Shown piece after piece: positions 37,289 through 47,395 of a stretch of DNA of 64,000 nucleotides; within the stretch, counting starts at the first letter, position 1; every line of letters begins with the position of its first letter. The stretch comes from Hydrogenophilales bacterium 28-61-23. Its GTDB lineage: Bacteria; Pseudomonadota; Gammaproteobacteria; Burkholderiales; Thiobacillaceae. The position numbers were made by a program, and so were the translations under genes. The stretch lies in NCBI GenBank assembly GCA_002281555.1, contig NCGJ01000013.1, forward strand, positions 23,493-87,492, read 5' to 3'. The notes under the pieces are model-generated. The model had not been told where the DNA came from. It searched no databases and was given only the letters and a program-made list of their open reading frames with translations.

Positions 37289-37482
37289 TCTTTTGTAGCC
37301 CTTCGGAGCTGGCTGGATAGCCGGCCCCGGAGGCGAGTTGGTTTAATTGAGCCAATTCGCTTCCGGGACACAAAACCTCAACATCGTTCAGCAAGCGTGT
37401 CGCCTGGAATAGTTTCCAGGCGTGGGCGCTGGAGATGGCCTAGCGAATGATCAAATCATGGCATTGAAGAGAGAGACGATAC

Positions 37483-38904
37483 GTGGCTGAGCAACATTCC
37501 AACATTCCTGTCATCAAGGATGCGGAAGGCGAGCAAGAGCAGTCGCTTTATGCCGTGCATCAGAAAATCTACCCGCGCGCGGTATCCGGAATTTTTAACT
37601 TCTGGCGTGTGGCTCTCGTTCTGTTCACACAAATCATTTTCTATGGATTACCGTGGCTGAATTGGAACGACCGCCAAGCGGTGCTGTTTGATCTTGGCGC
37701 GCGCAAGTTTTATCTGTTCGATTGGGTTTTCTGGCCGCAAGATTTTGCCTGGCTGGCCGCGATTCTGATCATCTCCGCACTCGCGCTCTTCTTGTTTACC
37801 GCGGTGGCTGGGCGCTTATGGTGCGGTTTTGCCTGCCCACAGACGGTTTATACGCAACTGTTTGTCTGGATAGAGCGTTGGTTCGAGGGCGATCACAATA
37901 AACAGAAAAAGCTGACGGAAGCGCCTTGGTCCACCAACAAAGTTGTGCGGCGTGGCGGCAAACATGTCGCGTGGATTCTGCTATCTCTGTGGACCGGTTT
38001 TACGTTTGTCGGTTACTACACGCCCATTCACCTGCTCGGCCAGGAGTTCGTTACCTGGACGCTCGGCCCATGGGAAACCTTCTGGATATTTTTCTACGGT
38101 TTTGCGACTTGGGGCTTCGCCGGATTCATGCGCGAACAGGTTTGCAAATACATGTGCCCCTATGCGCGCTTCCAGAGTGTGATGTTCGATCAGGACACCC
38201 TGATCATCACCTATGACTACCGTCGAGGCGAATCGCGCGGTACGCGCAGGAAGGGCGTCGACTACAAGGCAAACGGCTTGGGCGATTGTGTCGACTGCGG
38301 CATATGCGTTCAGGTATGTCCAACCGGCATCGATATCCGCAATGGCCTGCAATACATGTGCATAGGCTGCGCGGCTTGTGTCGATGCGTGCGATCAGGTC
38401 ATGGACAAGATGGGTTACCCCAAGGGGCTGATCCGTTATTCAACCCAGAATGCCATCGATGGCAAATATGCCGATAAGGACATCGCCAAACATACTTTGC
38501 GCCCGCGGACTCTGGCCTACACATTCATCCTGGGCGCGATCTGCGTGGCTTTTGTTTACACCCTGGTCGGGCGTGTGCCGCTGCGGACCGATGTCATCCG
38601 AGATCGCCAGGTTTTATCTCGACTGGCCGAAAACGGGCAAACCGAGAATCTGTACCGTCTGCAGATCATAAATATGGATGGACGCCCGCATCGCTACGCC
38701 ATTTCCGCCAGCGGCATCGCTGGTTTGAACATGGTCTCGGGCGATTCTGTCGAAATCCCGGCCTTGGGCACCACGAACGTGAACGTCGTTTTACGTGTGG
38801 ACGGCGGCCAGTTGAAACGTCCCAGCCAGCCCATCATTTTCACGATCAAGGCGGATGACGATGCCAAGATCGTGCGCGAAGCCAAATCCAGTTTTCTAAA
38901 ATAA
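37483..38904 (+). CDS. ccoG: cbb3 oxidase accessory ferredoxin-like membrane protein CcoG/FixG
   Basis: The ORF is 473 aa. It shows CGFACPQT and two 4Fe-4S motifs (CVDCGICVQVCP, CIGCAACVDAC). The start is GTG. Confidence 0.9.
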   Translation: MAEQHSNIPVIKDAEGEQEQSLYAVHQKIYPRAVSGIFNFWRVALVLFTQIIFYGLPWLNWNDRQAVLFDLGARKFYLFDWVFWPQDFAWLAAILIISALALFLFTAVAGRLWCGFACPQTVYTQLFVWIERWFEGDHNKQKKLTEAPWSTNKVVRRGGKHVAWILLSLWTGFTFVGYYTPIHLLGQEFVTWTLGPWETFWIFFYGFATWGFAGFMREQVCKYMCPYARFQSVMFDQDTLIITYDYRRGESRGTRRKGVDYKANGLGDCVDCGICVQVCPTGIDIRNGLQYMCIGCAACVDACDQVMDKMGYPKGLIRYSTQNAIDGKYADKDIAKHTLRPRTLAYTFILGAICVAFVYTLVGRVPLRTDVIRDRQVLSRLAENGQTENLYRLQIINMDGRPHRYAISASGIAGLNMVSGDSVEIPALGTTNVNVVLRVDGGQLKRPSQPIIFTIKADDDAKIVREAKSSFLK

Positions 38905-38918
38905 AGGCAGTGAGCGCA

Positions 38919-39431
38919 ATGACTGAACCCTTGCAGCGGCCATGGTGGAAAGAGCCCATGGTCTGGCTGGTGGCGGGGCTGCCGGCGGCGGCGGTGCTGG
39001 CGAGTTTTGCAACCTATTTCATCGCAGCGGATAAGCCTGATTCCCTGGTCAATGCGGGCTATCAAAAAGTTGGCATGGCGCCAGACAAGGACACCTCGCG
39101 TGAAGAGCGCGCCGCCGCGTTGGCTGTCGTGGCAGACCTGGTCATGGTCGATGGCGTTGCCGGAGTCAAATTGACTGGCCGGCTTGACGCGATGCCCGCC
39201 AGCCTGCAACTGCTTTTGCTGCATCCCACACAGACGAGCCAGGATATACGTATCCATCTCCAGGCTGTTGGAGCGGGCGAGTACACCGGTGTCGTGCCGG
39301 TTGGAGGCGCGGGAAAGCGGCAATGGGTTCTGGAACCGAATGACAACGCATGGCGGCTAAGCGGCGAGTTGACGCTACCTATTGCGAGTGCCGTGAAACT
39401 GAGTAGTGAGTCATCTCGTAACCACCCGTAA
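38919..39431 (+). CDS. FixH-family protein (CcoH-position)
   Basis: It begins MTEPLQRPWWKEPMVWLVAGLPAAAVL (single TM) and lies directly after ccoG. The track start 38910 is GTG, so ATG 38919 was preferred on RBS spacing. Confidence 0.75.
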   Translation: MTEPLQRPWWKEPMVWLVAGLPAAAVLASFATYFIAADKPDSLVNAGYQKVGMAPDKDTSREERAAALAVVADLVMVDGVAGVKLTGRLDAMPASLQLLLLHPTQTSQDIRIHLQAVGAGEYTGVVPVGGAGKRQWVLEPNDNAWRLSGELTLPIASAVKLSSESSRNHP

Positions 39432-39456
39432 GGGCGTTTTTTAAAGGAGCTGGGAA

Positions 39457-39591
39457 ATGGACGTCGTGATGAAAGAGCTGTTCGGATCGGATATTGGATT
39501 GCTGAGCCTGTTCACGATTGGCTTTCTGATTGCCATGGGATTGTTCATCTGGTTCAAGTTGTCGAAGAAAGCGCACGAAGGCGGCAACTGA
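39457..39591 (+). CDS. small single-TM protein (DUF3149-like?)
   Basis: It is not in the ORF track (44 aa). The translation is MDVVMKELFGSDIGLLSLFTIGFLIAMGLFIWFKLSKKAHEGGN. AAAGGAG lies 7 nt upstream and a strong terminator follows. The family name is from memory only. Confidence 0.5.
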   Translation: MDVVMKELFGSDIGLLSLFTIGFLIAMGLFIWFKLSKKAHEGGN

Positions 39592-39612
39592 GTTTGTGGC
39601 TCGTAGTGTTCA

Positions 39613-39647
39613 CATCGGGCCGACCCTGTGTCGGCCCGATGCGTTTT
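39613..39647 (+). terminator. Rho-independent terminator ending the cco cluster
   Basis: The hairpin is catcgggccgac-cctgt-gtcggcccgatg (12-bp stem), followed by cgtttt. Confidence 0.8.
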
Positions 39648-39767
39648 AAGAGCCGGGCAAAGAAAACGTCAGAATTTTCATGCACATATCCGCTATGAAT
39701 ATTCATATATGGCTACGACAATCAATTCGCCTTGTCGGTTGCCAGTTCATCGTCGGGATCGCCTAAC

Positions 39768-41378
39768 ATGACCAAAATCGTTACGAACTCTATTCAGAGC
39801 AAGATTGTTCTGACCATTTCGCTGATATTCGTGGCGGTACTGGCTACGTCGACCTGGTTGACCGCAAGCAAGGAACGTTCGCTGGCCCAGGAAATCGCCC
39901 TCGATAAGGCGAAGGTCATGTCGCAGTCTTATTTCGATGGCATCAACACCATGATGCTGACCGGAACGATGGATCAGCACGAATCCTTACGCAAAAAGTA
40001 TCTATCGACGCCGGGTGTGCGCGAGATACGCGTGGTGCATGCGCCGGGCGCGCTGGATGGCGTAACCACGAATCCGGCAAAGCCACGGGACATTCTCGAT
40101 GAGCGCGCAATCAAGGGTGAGGTGGTGAGCGAATTTGGCGAGGATGAAAATGGCCGCTATGTCACCGTGCTGACGCCATTGCCCGCCAGCGCGAACCACA
40201 TGGGCACCAATTGCCTGAACTGCCATCAAGTTCCACAGGGGACGATTCTGGGCGCGGTGCGTATGTCCTACTCGTTGAAGCAACTGGACGGCGAGTTCTG
40301 GAACAACATGCTGGTCGTGGCCGGTTTGAACCTGTTGTTGTCGTTTTTGGGTATTGCGCTGGTCGTCGGGCTGTTGCGGCGCATCGTTATCCTGCCGTTG
40401 TCGAAAATGCGCGCATCGATGCATTCCATCGAACAAAACTCCGATTTGACCCAGCGCCTGGAAATTTCGACCAAGGATGAAGTGGCCTCGCTGGCCCACG
40501 CAATCAACGGCATGCTGGACAAGTTTGGCTCCAGCCTGGGCTTGGTCAACGAGACATCCACCCGCCTGTCGAGCGCGGCGGACCGTATCGCCTCAGCCTC
40601 GACTCAAACCGCCGAGGCCGCCAGCCAGCAGCTGCAAGAAGCCGCCTCCACCGAACGCTCGATCATGGATCTCAAAGGCATCGCGGCGGAAGCCGGCAGC
40701 AGCGCGGCGCGGACCGCGGAAGCGTCAGTCGATGCCGACCGGGAGGCCGGCAAAACCACGCAAACGACGCGTGAAGCGATCGCGGGCATCTTGTCCCTGG
40801 TCACTGAAATACAGCAGGCCGCCGAAGTCATCGAAGCGCTGGACCAGCGCAGCCAGAATGTCAGCGATGTGCTCGATGTCATCAAAGGCATTGCCGAACA
40901 AACCAATCTGCTTGCGCTCAATGCCGCGATCGAGGCCGCGCGTGCCGGCGAGATGGGGCGCGGTTTCGCCGTGGTGGCGGATGAAGTCCGCAAGCTGGCC
41001 AACATGTCGCATGAATCCACGCGCAGCATCGAGGCTATCGTCATGCAACTACGTCAGGAGGCGCAGCGCGCGGTTCAGGTCATGCATGCCGCGCGCGAGA
41101 CCGCTTCGCAACATAGCCAGGCGCTGGGCGATTCCATGGGCGGCATCGATCAGATCGTGGTGCGTGTCAAAGACATTCGCGACCTCAACGCGCAGATGGA
41201 ACGCTCGGTACGGACTCAGGCCGATTTGACGGAAAACGTCGATCAACGGGTTGCGACCATCGGCCGGATCGCGCAACGCACCGCCGATGAAGCCGTCGGC
41301 ACGCGCGGAGTCAGTGAGGAGCTGGTGGCTTTGGCGCGTGAATTGAACGAACTGGTGAGTCATTTCCGCTTGCGTTGA
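39768..41378 (+). CDS. methyl-accepting chemotaxis protein with periplasmic CxxCH (heme c-type) sensor domain
   Basis: The layout is TM1 ([19 protein letters not shown]), a ~150-aa periplasmic domain ending in [25 protein letters not shown] (CLNCH at 40212-40226), TM2, a HAMP domain, and an MCP signalling domain ([35 protein letters not shown]). The track start 39732 is TTG, so ATG 39768 was chosen. Confidence 0.9.
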   Translation: MTKIVTNSIQSKIVLTISLIFVAVLATSTWLTASKERSLAQEIALDKAKVMSQSYFDGINTMMLTGTMDQHESLRKKYLSTPGVREIRVVHAPGALDGVTTNPAKPRDILDERAIKGEVVSEFGEDENGRYVTVLTPLPASANHMGTNCLNCHQVPQGTILGAVRMSYSLKQLDGEFWNNMLVVAGLNLLLSFLGIALVVGLLRRIVILPLSKMRASMHSIEQNSDLTQRLEISTKDEVASLAHAINGMLDKFGSSLGLVNETSTRLSSAADRIASASTQTAEAASQQLQEAASTERSIMDLKGIAAEAGSSAARTAEASVDADREAGKTTQTTREAIAGILSLVTEIQQAAEVIEALDQRSQNVSDVLDVIKGIAEQTNLLALNAAIEAARAGEMGRGFAVVADEVRKLANMSHESTRSIEAIVMQLRQEAQRAVQVMHAARETASQHSQALGDSMGGIDQIVVRVKDIRDLNAQMERSVRTQADLTENVDQRVATIGRIAQRTADEAVGTRGVSEELVALARELNELVSHFRLR

Positions 41379-41495
41379 TCGGCAGCACTGACCGTGTGCG
41401 TGGGGGCAAGTGGTTTGGGGTTCTTTTCCAGGATTCGTCATATGCGCCAAGCAATGGCACTATCCGTCCCGGAACAATGAAGCCTGAAAATTCGC

Positions 41496-44282
41496 ATGAC
41501 CACAGCCTCGCCATCCCATCTCAAGGAACTTCGCAGTCGTGAACGACTGCTCAATCTGCTGCTCAGCAAGGTGCTGAAGCGCCAGTTGCCGCCGCCGGTA
41601 TATCAAGTCATCGGCGATTTGCGGCTCGGCTTTATCGCGCTGCGCGCGCGCGAGTCGAAAACCAAACGGCAGCAATTGATCGACCTGATCAACCGGCAAG
41701 AGCCGGAAGCGCTCAGCCAGATCATCCGGGCGTTCAACCTGTATTTCAGCCTGATCAATATCGCCGAGGAGGCGATTGCGTTGCGCGAGCGCCGGCGCGC
41801 CGTGCAGCAAGGCGCTCAGATGTGGCCCGGTTCATTCCACGATACGCTGCACTCGCTGCGCGACGAAGGTGTCGATGCGGCCGCATTGAAGAACCTGTTC
41901 GGCCAGTTGTGCTATCTGCCGGTGATCACCGCGCATCCTTCCGAGGCCAAACGCCGCACCATCAAGGGCGCGCTGCGCAATATTTTCCTGTCCATCGAGG
42001 CGCTGGACGATCCCCGCGTGCGCGGCATGTATCGCGACGAGGCGATACAGCAGCTCTCGAACCAGATTCATATCCTGTGGAACACCGACGAAGTGCGCGC
42101 CAGCAAGCTGGATGTCAGCGACGAGATCCGCACCGGCCTGTCCTACTTCCCGCTTTCGCTGTTCCAGGCGGTGACCCAGGTTTACCGCAACTTCACGCGT
42201 TCGCTGGCCGATGTCTACGGCCCTCAAGCGCCGGCTGAAATAGGCACGCCCAGTTTCCTGCGTTTCGGTTCCTGGATCGGCGGCGACCGCGACGGCCACC
42301 CGCTGGTGACGACGCAAGTCACCGCCCAGGCCTGGCGCATGCAGGCGCAGACCGCTTACACCGAATATCTGCGCCGGCTGGAACGGTTGAGCGACCAGCT
42401 TTCCTACTCGATCCGCTTGTGCCGCCCCTCGGACGCCTTCATGGCCGATCTGGACGACGATGTGGTCCAGGCCGGAGCGATGCTGGGCGCGAACGAGAAA
42501 CGCTATTTGCAGGAGCCTTACCGGCGCAAGCTCGAACTCATGTGGCTGCGCATTCGGCGCAATCTCGACCTGTCCGAGGCCAGCGTCGACTTCGTCGGCG
42601 AACAGCCCGGCTACGCCAGCGACAAGGCCTTTCTGAAAGACCTGCATCTGATTCGGGATTCACTGATCAGCCATGGCGATAGTGAAGTCGCTAACCGTGA
42701 ATTGCTCGATCTGATCCGTCTGGTCGAGACTTTCGGCTTTCATCTGCTGCAGCTCGACGTACGCCAGGAATCCGGCCGGCATAGCCAAACCGTGGCGGAG
42801 GTATTGCGCGCCGCGCTGGATATCGACTACCTGGCGCTGGACGAAGGCGCGCGCCTGGCCTTGTTGAGCGACACCATCGCCCATCCCAATGCCTTGCAGT
42901 TCGATCCCGCCGATCTGAGCCCTTCCGCCCAGGAAACCTTGCAGTTGTTCCACCTGATCGCGCATGCGCGGCGCAATCTGGGCGCCGCGTGTTTCGGCAA
43001 ATACGTGATCTCGATGACGCATTCCGCCTCCCATGTCATGGAAGTCATGCTGCTTGCATCACAGGCCGGGCTGGCCGGGCAGCTCGCGGGCAACTGGTAT
43101 TGCCATATCGGTATTTCGCCTTTGTTCGAAACCATCGAAGACTTGCATCAGGTCGAAGCCGTGTTGACGCAGCTGTACCAACTGCCGGTCTACCGCAGCC
43201 TGCTCGATGTCGAAGGCAACGGCCAGGAAGTCATGCTCGGCTATTCCGACTCCTGCAAGGACGGCGGCATCCTGGCCTCGGCGTGGAGTCTTTACGACGC
43301 GCAAAAGCGCATCGTCGCGGTCTCGCAAAACGAGGGCATACCCTGCCGGCTGTTCCATGGTCGCGGCGGCACGCTCGGGCGCGGCGGCGGCCCGACCTAC
43401 GAGGCGATCCTGGCGCAGCCCGCCGGCACGGTCAGCGGACAGCTCAAACTGACCGAGCAAGGCGAAGTGTTGTTCTACAAGTACAACAACATGGAAACGG
43501 CGGTGTACGAATTGACGCTGGGCGTCAGCGGCCTGCTCCGCGCCAGTAGCCATCTGATCGGCGAGGTCCGGCCGGATCGCAAGGATTATCTCGGCATCAT
43601 GGACGAGATCGCGCGCGCCGGCGAACACCATTACCGGCTGCTGACCGAGCAGACGCCTGGCTTCCTTGACTACTTCTACGAAGCCACGCCGGTGCGTGAA
43701 ATAGGCTTGATGAACATCGGCTCGCGTCCGTCGCATCGCAAGTCGGGCGACCGCTCGAAAAATTCCGTGCGCGCCATCGGCTGGGTGTTCGCCTGGGGCC
43801 AGTCGCGCCACGCCCTGCCGGCCTGGTACGGCATCGGCGCGGCGCTGGAAAGCTGGCGTGGCAACGATCTTGCGCGTCTGGCCAAGCTGCAGCACATGTA
43901 TCGGGAATGGCCGTTCTTCCGCACCTTGCTGGCCAATGCGCAAATGGCGTTGACCAAGACCGACATGAACATCGCGCGCGAATATGCCAGCCTGTGCCCG
44001 GATGCGGCGGTCGGCAAACAGGTTTACGACACCATCCGCGAGGAATACGCGCGCAGCATCCGGCAGATTCTGAATGTGGCCGACATCCAGACCTTGCTCG
44101 AAGAGTCGCCCGAACTGGCGATCTCGCTCAACCAGCGCAACCCCTACCTGGACCCGCTCAACCACATCCAGGTCGTGCTGTTGCGCAAACTGCGCCAGGA
44201 TCAGGCCGCCGACAGCGACTGGCTGGAACCGTTGCTACGCTCGATCAACGCCATCGCCGCCGGCATGCGCAATACCGGTTGA
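41496..44282 (+). CDS. ppc: phosphoenolpyruvate carboxylase
   Basis: The ORF is 928 aa. It shows VITAHPSEAKRRT, GYSDSCKDGG, FHGRGGTLGRGGGP and a C-terminal AAGMRNTG. Confidence 0.97.
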   Translation: MTTASPSHLKELRSRERLLNLLLSKVLKRQLPPPVYQVIGDLRLGFIALRARESKTKRQQLIDLINRQEPEALSQIIRAFNLYFSLINIAEEAIALRERRRAVQQGAQMWPGSFHDTLHSLRDEGVDAAALKNLFGQLCYLPVITAHPSEAKRRTIKGALRNIFLSIEALDDPRVRGMYRDEAIQQLSNQIHILWNTDEVRASKLDVSDEIRTGLSYFPLSLFQAVTQVYRNFTRSLADVYGPQAPAEIGTPSFLRFGSWIGGDRDGHPLVTTQVTAQAWRMQAQTAYTEYLRRLERLSDQLSYSIRLCRPSDAFMADLDDDVVQAGAMLGANEKRYLQEPYRRKLELMWLRIRRNLDLSEASVDFVGEQPGYASDKAFLKDLHLIRDSLISHGDSEVANRELLDLIRLVETFGFHLLQLDVRQESGRHSQTVAEVLRAALDIDYLALDEGARLALLSDTIAHPNALQFDPADLSPSAQETLQLFHLIAHARRNLGAACFGKYVISMTHSASHVMEVMLLASQAGLAGQLAGNWYCHIGISPLFETIEDLHQVEAVLTQLYQLPVYRSLLDVEGNGQEVMLGYSDSCKDGGILASAWSLYDAQKRIVAVSQNEGIPCRLFHGRGGTLGRGGGPTYEAILAQPAGTVSGQLKLTEQGEVLFYKYNNMETAVYELTLGVSGLLRASSHLIGEVRPDRKDYLGIMDEIARAGEHHYRLLTEQTPGFLDYFYEATPVREIGLMNIGSRPSHRKSGDRSKNSVRAIGWVFAWGQSRHALPAWYGIGAALESWRGNDLARLAKLQHMYREWPFFRTLLANAQMALTKTDMNIAREYASLCPDAAVGKQVYDTIREEYARSIRQILNVADIQTLLEESPELAISLNQRNPYLDPLNHIQVVLLRKLRQDQAADSDWLEPLLRSINAIAAGMRNTG

Positions 44283-44313
44283 GGTGGAAAACGTGATTCG
44301 TCCGGTCTTCAAA

Positions 44314-45045
44314 ATGCTGCGCTTGGGTAGCCTAATTCTTACCGGCTTGGTTCTGGCGCTGATCGTGTACCCGAACCTGGATCGCGCAGGCCGAGACCGT
44401 CGATTGCTGGCTTGGGCCGGTGCCCTGATGCGTATTCTGAACATCGAGTTGAGGTTACGCGGTAACCCGCCTGTCGGCGGTGCGGTGCTGGTGGCGAACC
44501 ATGTCTCCTGGCTGGACATCCATGTTCTGCACAGCATTTTTCCAGTGCGGTTTATTTCCAAAGCGGAAGTGCAAGACTGGCCCCTGCTGGGACGCCTGGC
44601 AAAAGCGTCCGGCACGCTGTTCATCACGCGCGAGAAAAAGTCGGACGCGATCCGGGTGAACCAAGAAATGGCCGCCGAATTGCGCGCTGGCGAATGTCTG
44701 GCCTTTTTCCCGGAGGGCACCACCTCGGACGGCCAGGACATGCAGACTTTTTTCCCATCGCTGTTCCAGCCCGCGGTCGAGGCCGGCTGCCCGGTGATAC
44801 CCGCTTCGATCCGATATTTGAACCCGCAGGGTGAGCCCTGCCTGGAAGCGGCTTATCACGGCGAGATGACCCTGATCGAATCGTTCTGGCGCATCGCCAA
44901 ATTGCGCGGCCTGACCGTCGAGGTCGCCTTTCTGCCGGCCCTGAAAAACGACGGCCAGCACCGTCGAGAGTTGGCGAAACAGGCGGAAGCGGCGATACGT
45001 TCGGCCTTGGGTTTCGCGTTCAAGGAAAACGCATCGGCTGCTTAG
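44314..45045 (+). CDS. lysophospholipid (1-acyl-glycerol-3-phosphate-type) acyltransferase
   Basis: It has the HX4D motif (NHVSWLDI) and FPEGTTS. The start is either ATG 44314 (MLRLGSLILTGLVLAL) or GTG 44293. The long track ORF from 44074 overlaps the ppc 3' end and was trimmed. Confidence 0.85.
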   Translation: MLRLGSLILTGLVLALIVYPNLDRAGRDRRLLAWAGALMRILNIELRLRGNPPVGGAVLVANHVSWLDIHVLHSIFPVRFISKAEVQDWPLLGRLAKASGTLFITREKKSDAIRVNQEMAAELRAGECLAFFPEGTTSDGQDMQTFFPSLFQPAVEAGCPVIPASIRYLNPQGEPCLEAAYHGEMTLIESFWRIAKLRGLTVEVAFLPALKNDGQHRRELAKQAEAAIRSALGFAFKENASAA

Positions 45046-45088
45046 AACCTGAACCCTGAAGCGCGGGAGGCTGCATCCAAAGGAAATC

Positions 45089-45958
45089 TCAGGCCTGCTC
45101 CGCTTCGGGTGGAACCGGGTTCGGTTCGGTTTCCGTCGCTTGCAGCAGCGCCGCTTTCTCCTCCGCGCCGATACCCGGCAGCGCCGAAATTACGTTGGAC
45201 AAGGTTGCGCCGGTCAGTTTCGCGGCTTCGCGCATGTCGTCGGGCAAGGCGGGGTCGCTGACGCCATTGTCGAGGTGGCGGGCGGTGTTGACGGCCAGGC
45301 GGGCGAGGCGGGCGCGCAGGCCTTCGTCGCCACGGATCAGATGTTTGATCAATTGCGGCAGGTTCCAGGCGTCGATCAGCAGCAAGGTGACATCGAGAAA
45401 CGCGAAACCGCAGGCTTGTCGTTGCGCGGCTTCGCTGCGCGCGGCGCGGCCGTTGTGCAACTCGTCCAGCGCTTTTTGCGGCAATTCGGGCATGAATGCC
45501 CACAGCTCAACTTCGCCGGCATTGGCCAGCAGGGCGGCCATCGCCAACTCGCCGGAGTCGAGGTCGTAATGCAGCGAACCCCAGGCGTAGGCGATGCGGG
45601 CGGCGCGCGAGGCTTGTGCTTCGCAGGCCGTGAAGCCGCTGTTTTCGGGCGGGATTTCCGGCGCGGTTTCGATTTGCTCGCGCAAGGCGACGGTGCCCAA
45701 AGCCATCACCACGCCGAGCGGGGTGGTGATATCGCGTGACATGCGCCTGGGCAGCCGTTTGTTGGCTTCCTTGATCAGGCGCAGCGCGAGCAAGGGGTCG
45801 TCGAGCATCAGCGCGGCATAGGCTTGGCCGGTCAGCGTGTCGCCGTGCGTGGCCTCCAGCTCGTGCAACGCGACTTTGCTGACGGCCTTGATCGGTTGTT
45901 CCTGATGTTCCAGATAGGCCGCCCATTGCGTAGCGCCCCACCAGCTTTGTCCAGTCAT
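45089..45958 (-). CDS. HDOD domain-containing signalling protein
   Basis: The ORF is 289 aa. The stretch YAALMLDDPLLALRLIKEANKRLPRRMSRDITTPLGVVMALGTVAL follows the HDOD pattern. Confidence 0.7.
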   Translation of the reverse strand: MTGQSWWGATQWAAYLEHQEQPIKAVSKVALHELEATHGDTLTGQAYAALMLDDPLLALRLIKEANKRLPRRMSRDITTPLGVVMALGTVALREQIETAPEIPPENSGFTACEAQASRAARIAYAWGSLHYDLDSGELAMAALLANAGEVELWAFMPELPQKALDELHNGRAARSEAAQRQACGFAFLDVTLLLIDAWNLPQLIKHLIRGDEGLRARLARLAVNTARHLDNGVSDPALPDDMREAAKLTGATLSNVISALPGIGAEEKAALLQATETEPNPVPPEAEQA

Positions 45959-46049
45959 TGCGCCGCCTCCTTACGATATAGCCGGTTTTATACCCTGAAC
46001 CTGGCGCGCCGGATGGCAAAAGCTCATGGCAATAACACGTGGCAAAAAC

Positions 46050-47336
46050 TCAGCTTCGCGTCATGCGCGCGGCCAGCCAGGTCAAGCCAACCGCGCTCAG
46101 CATCAGCCCCAAGGTCACCGCAAGGTTGTTGAGCCATTCCGGCGCGGCCAACAACAGGACGCCGAGTCCCAGCATCATCAGGCCGGAGAGCAGTTTCATG
46201 AGCCGGCCTTCGCGCTCGCTCAGTTTGCGCGCGCCCAGCGTGCGCACGAAGGCGAACACGATCAGCAGCAGCGGCAAAACGTAAATGACGTTGTAGAGCG
46301 CGAGATAGGCCAGGTGCTGGGCTGGGCTGGCGACCTGCATGGTGAGCAGGCGGGTGTAGACCATTGGAAAACCTGCGGTGCACAGCAGCTCGTAGAAATT
46401 GGCGGCGATGGCGAGCAGGACGGTGGTGGCGAGCATCGCGGGCAGGCTGCCGGCGGCGAGAATGGCGCGACCGCGCCGGAAGATGTCGGCCTGGCGCGCT
46501 TCCGGGATCGACAGCGACACGCCGGCCTTGAAGGCGAAGAAATCCTTGCTATTGATCAGCCCGATGACCACCGCTAGCGCGCCCGCGGCGGTGGTGACCC
46601 AGGGCAAACTGCCCATGATCCGGAACAGGCCGAGCCAGGCGGCCATGAAGGCGAAATACATCAGGCCGGAAAACAGCACGAAGACGCCGCCGATCAAGGC
46701 CATGCGCCGGCGATCCCGCTGGTGGACAAGGAGCGAAAGCAGGAACAGCAGGACGAAAAACGCGCACGGGTTGAAGGCATCCATGCCGGCGATCAGGACG
46801 GTCAAAACGGGCAGGGAGAGCGCGCGCGCATCGACCGCGCCGAGCAGCGGCAGCTGCAGGGTGGAATCTGGCGTTGACGGCATAACCGCCCCGGTGTTGC
46901 CACCCGCGGTCTGATCCCGACAGTCTTGCAGGCCTTTAAGCAAGGCGGCTCCGGTAATGGCGGCACTATCCCAGCCGACCCGCATCTGGCCGCAATACAG
47001 GAATGCCGGCACCGATTGCGCTTGCTGGCCGAGTTCGGCCGCCATCGCGACGTAGCGTTCGACGTTGGCGCGATTTTTGGTCAACTCCAGGGAATGCAAA
47101 ACGATCCAGGGTTGGGCTTTTGCCATCGCTTCGACTTCGGGGCGCGCTTCCAGACAATGCGGACAGCGCATCGACCAGAAGAAATAGAGATGGACTCTGG
47201 GCTGCCCATCGACGCCGGGTTCGGTCCAGGCGGGAGACGATTGCGCATGCGAAATCCGTGCCGAGAAGGCAACCGATATGGCCACAAACAACAACAGCAA
47301 CAAGAGTTTCAGAAGCGGGGAGAGCAGTCTGAACAT
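46050..47336 (-). CDS. fusion of periplasmic thioredoxin-like domain (CPHC) and CcdA/DsbD-like membrane domain
   Basis: The start was re-picked at ATG 47336, giving the signal peptide MFRLLSPLLKLLLLLLFVAISVAFSARISHA. It has YFFWSMRCPHCLEARPEVE followed by six or more TM helices. These carry the conserved-looking Cys in AFNPCAFF and ELLCTAGFP. Confidence 0.65.
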   Translation of the reverse strand: MFRLLSPLLKLLLLLLFVAISVAFSARISHAQSSPAWTEPGVDGQPRVHLYFFWSMRCPHCLEARPEVEAMAKAQPWIVLHSLELTKNRANVERYVAMAAELGQQAQSVPAFLYCGQMRVGWDSAAITGAALLKGLQDCRDQTAGGNTGAVMPSTPDSTLQLPLLGAVDARALSLPVLTVLIAGMDAFNPCAFFVLLFLLSLLVHQRDRRRMALIGGVFVLFSGLMYFAFMAAWLGLFRIMGSLPWVTTAAGALAVVIGLINSKDFFAFKAGVSLSIPEARQADIFRRGRAILAAGSLPAMLATTVLLAIAANFYELLCTAGFPMVYTRLLTMQVASPAQHLAYLALYNVIYVLPLLLIVFAFVRTLGARKLSEREGRLMKLLSGLMMLGLGVLLLAAPEWLNNLAVTLGLMLSAVGLTWLAARMTRS

Positions 47337-47395
47337 CGGCGCGCTTTTCTCAATCGAGGATTCAGGTTTGAGCATAGCCGGCCCGAGCAAGAGCA

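Noticed and set aside
37447-37459. Palindrome ATGAT-CAA-ATCAT upstream of ccoG as a second FNR box
   Set aside because: The half-site spacing is 3 nt, not 4, and the half-sites read ATGAT rather than TTGAT. It does not fit the FNR consensus.
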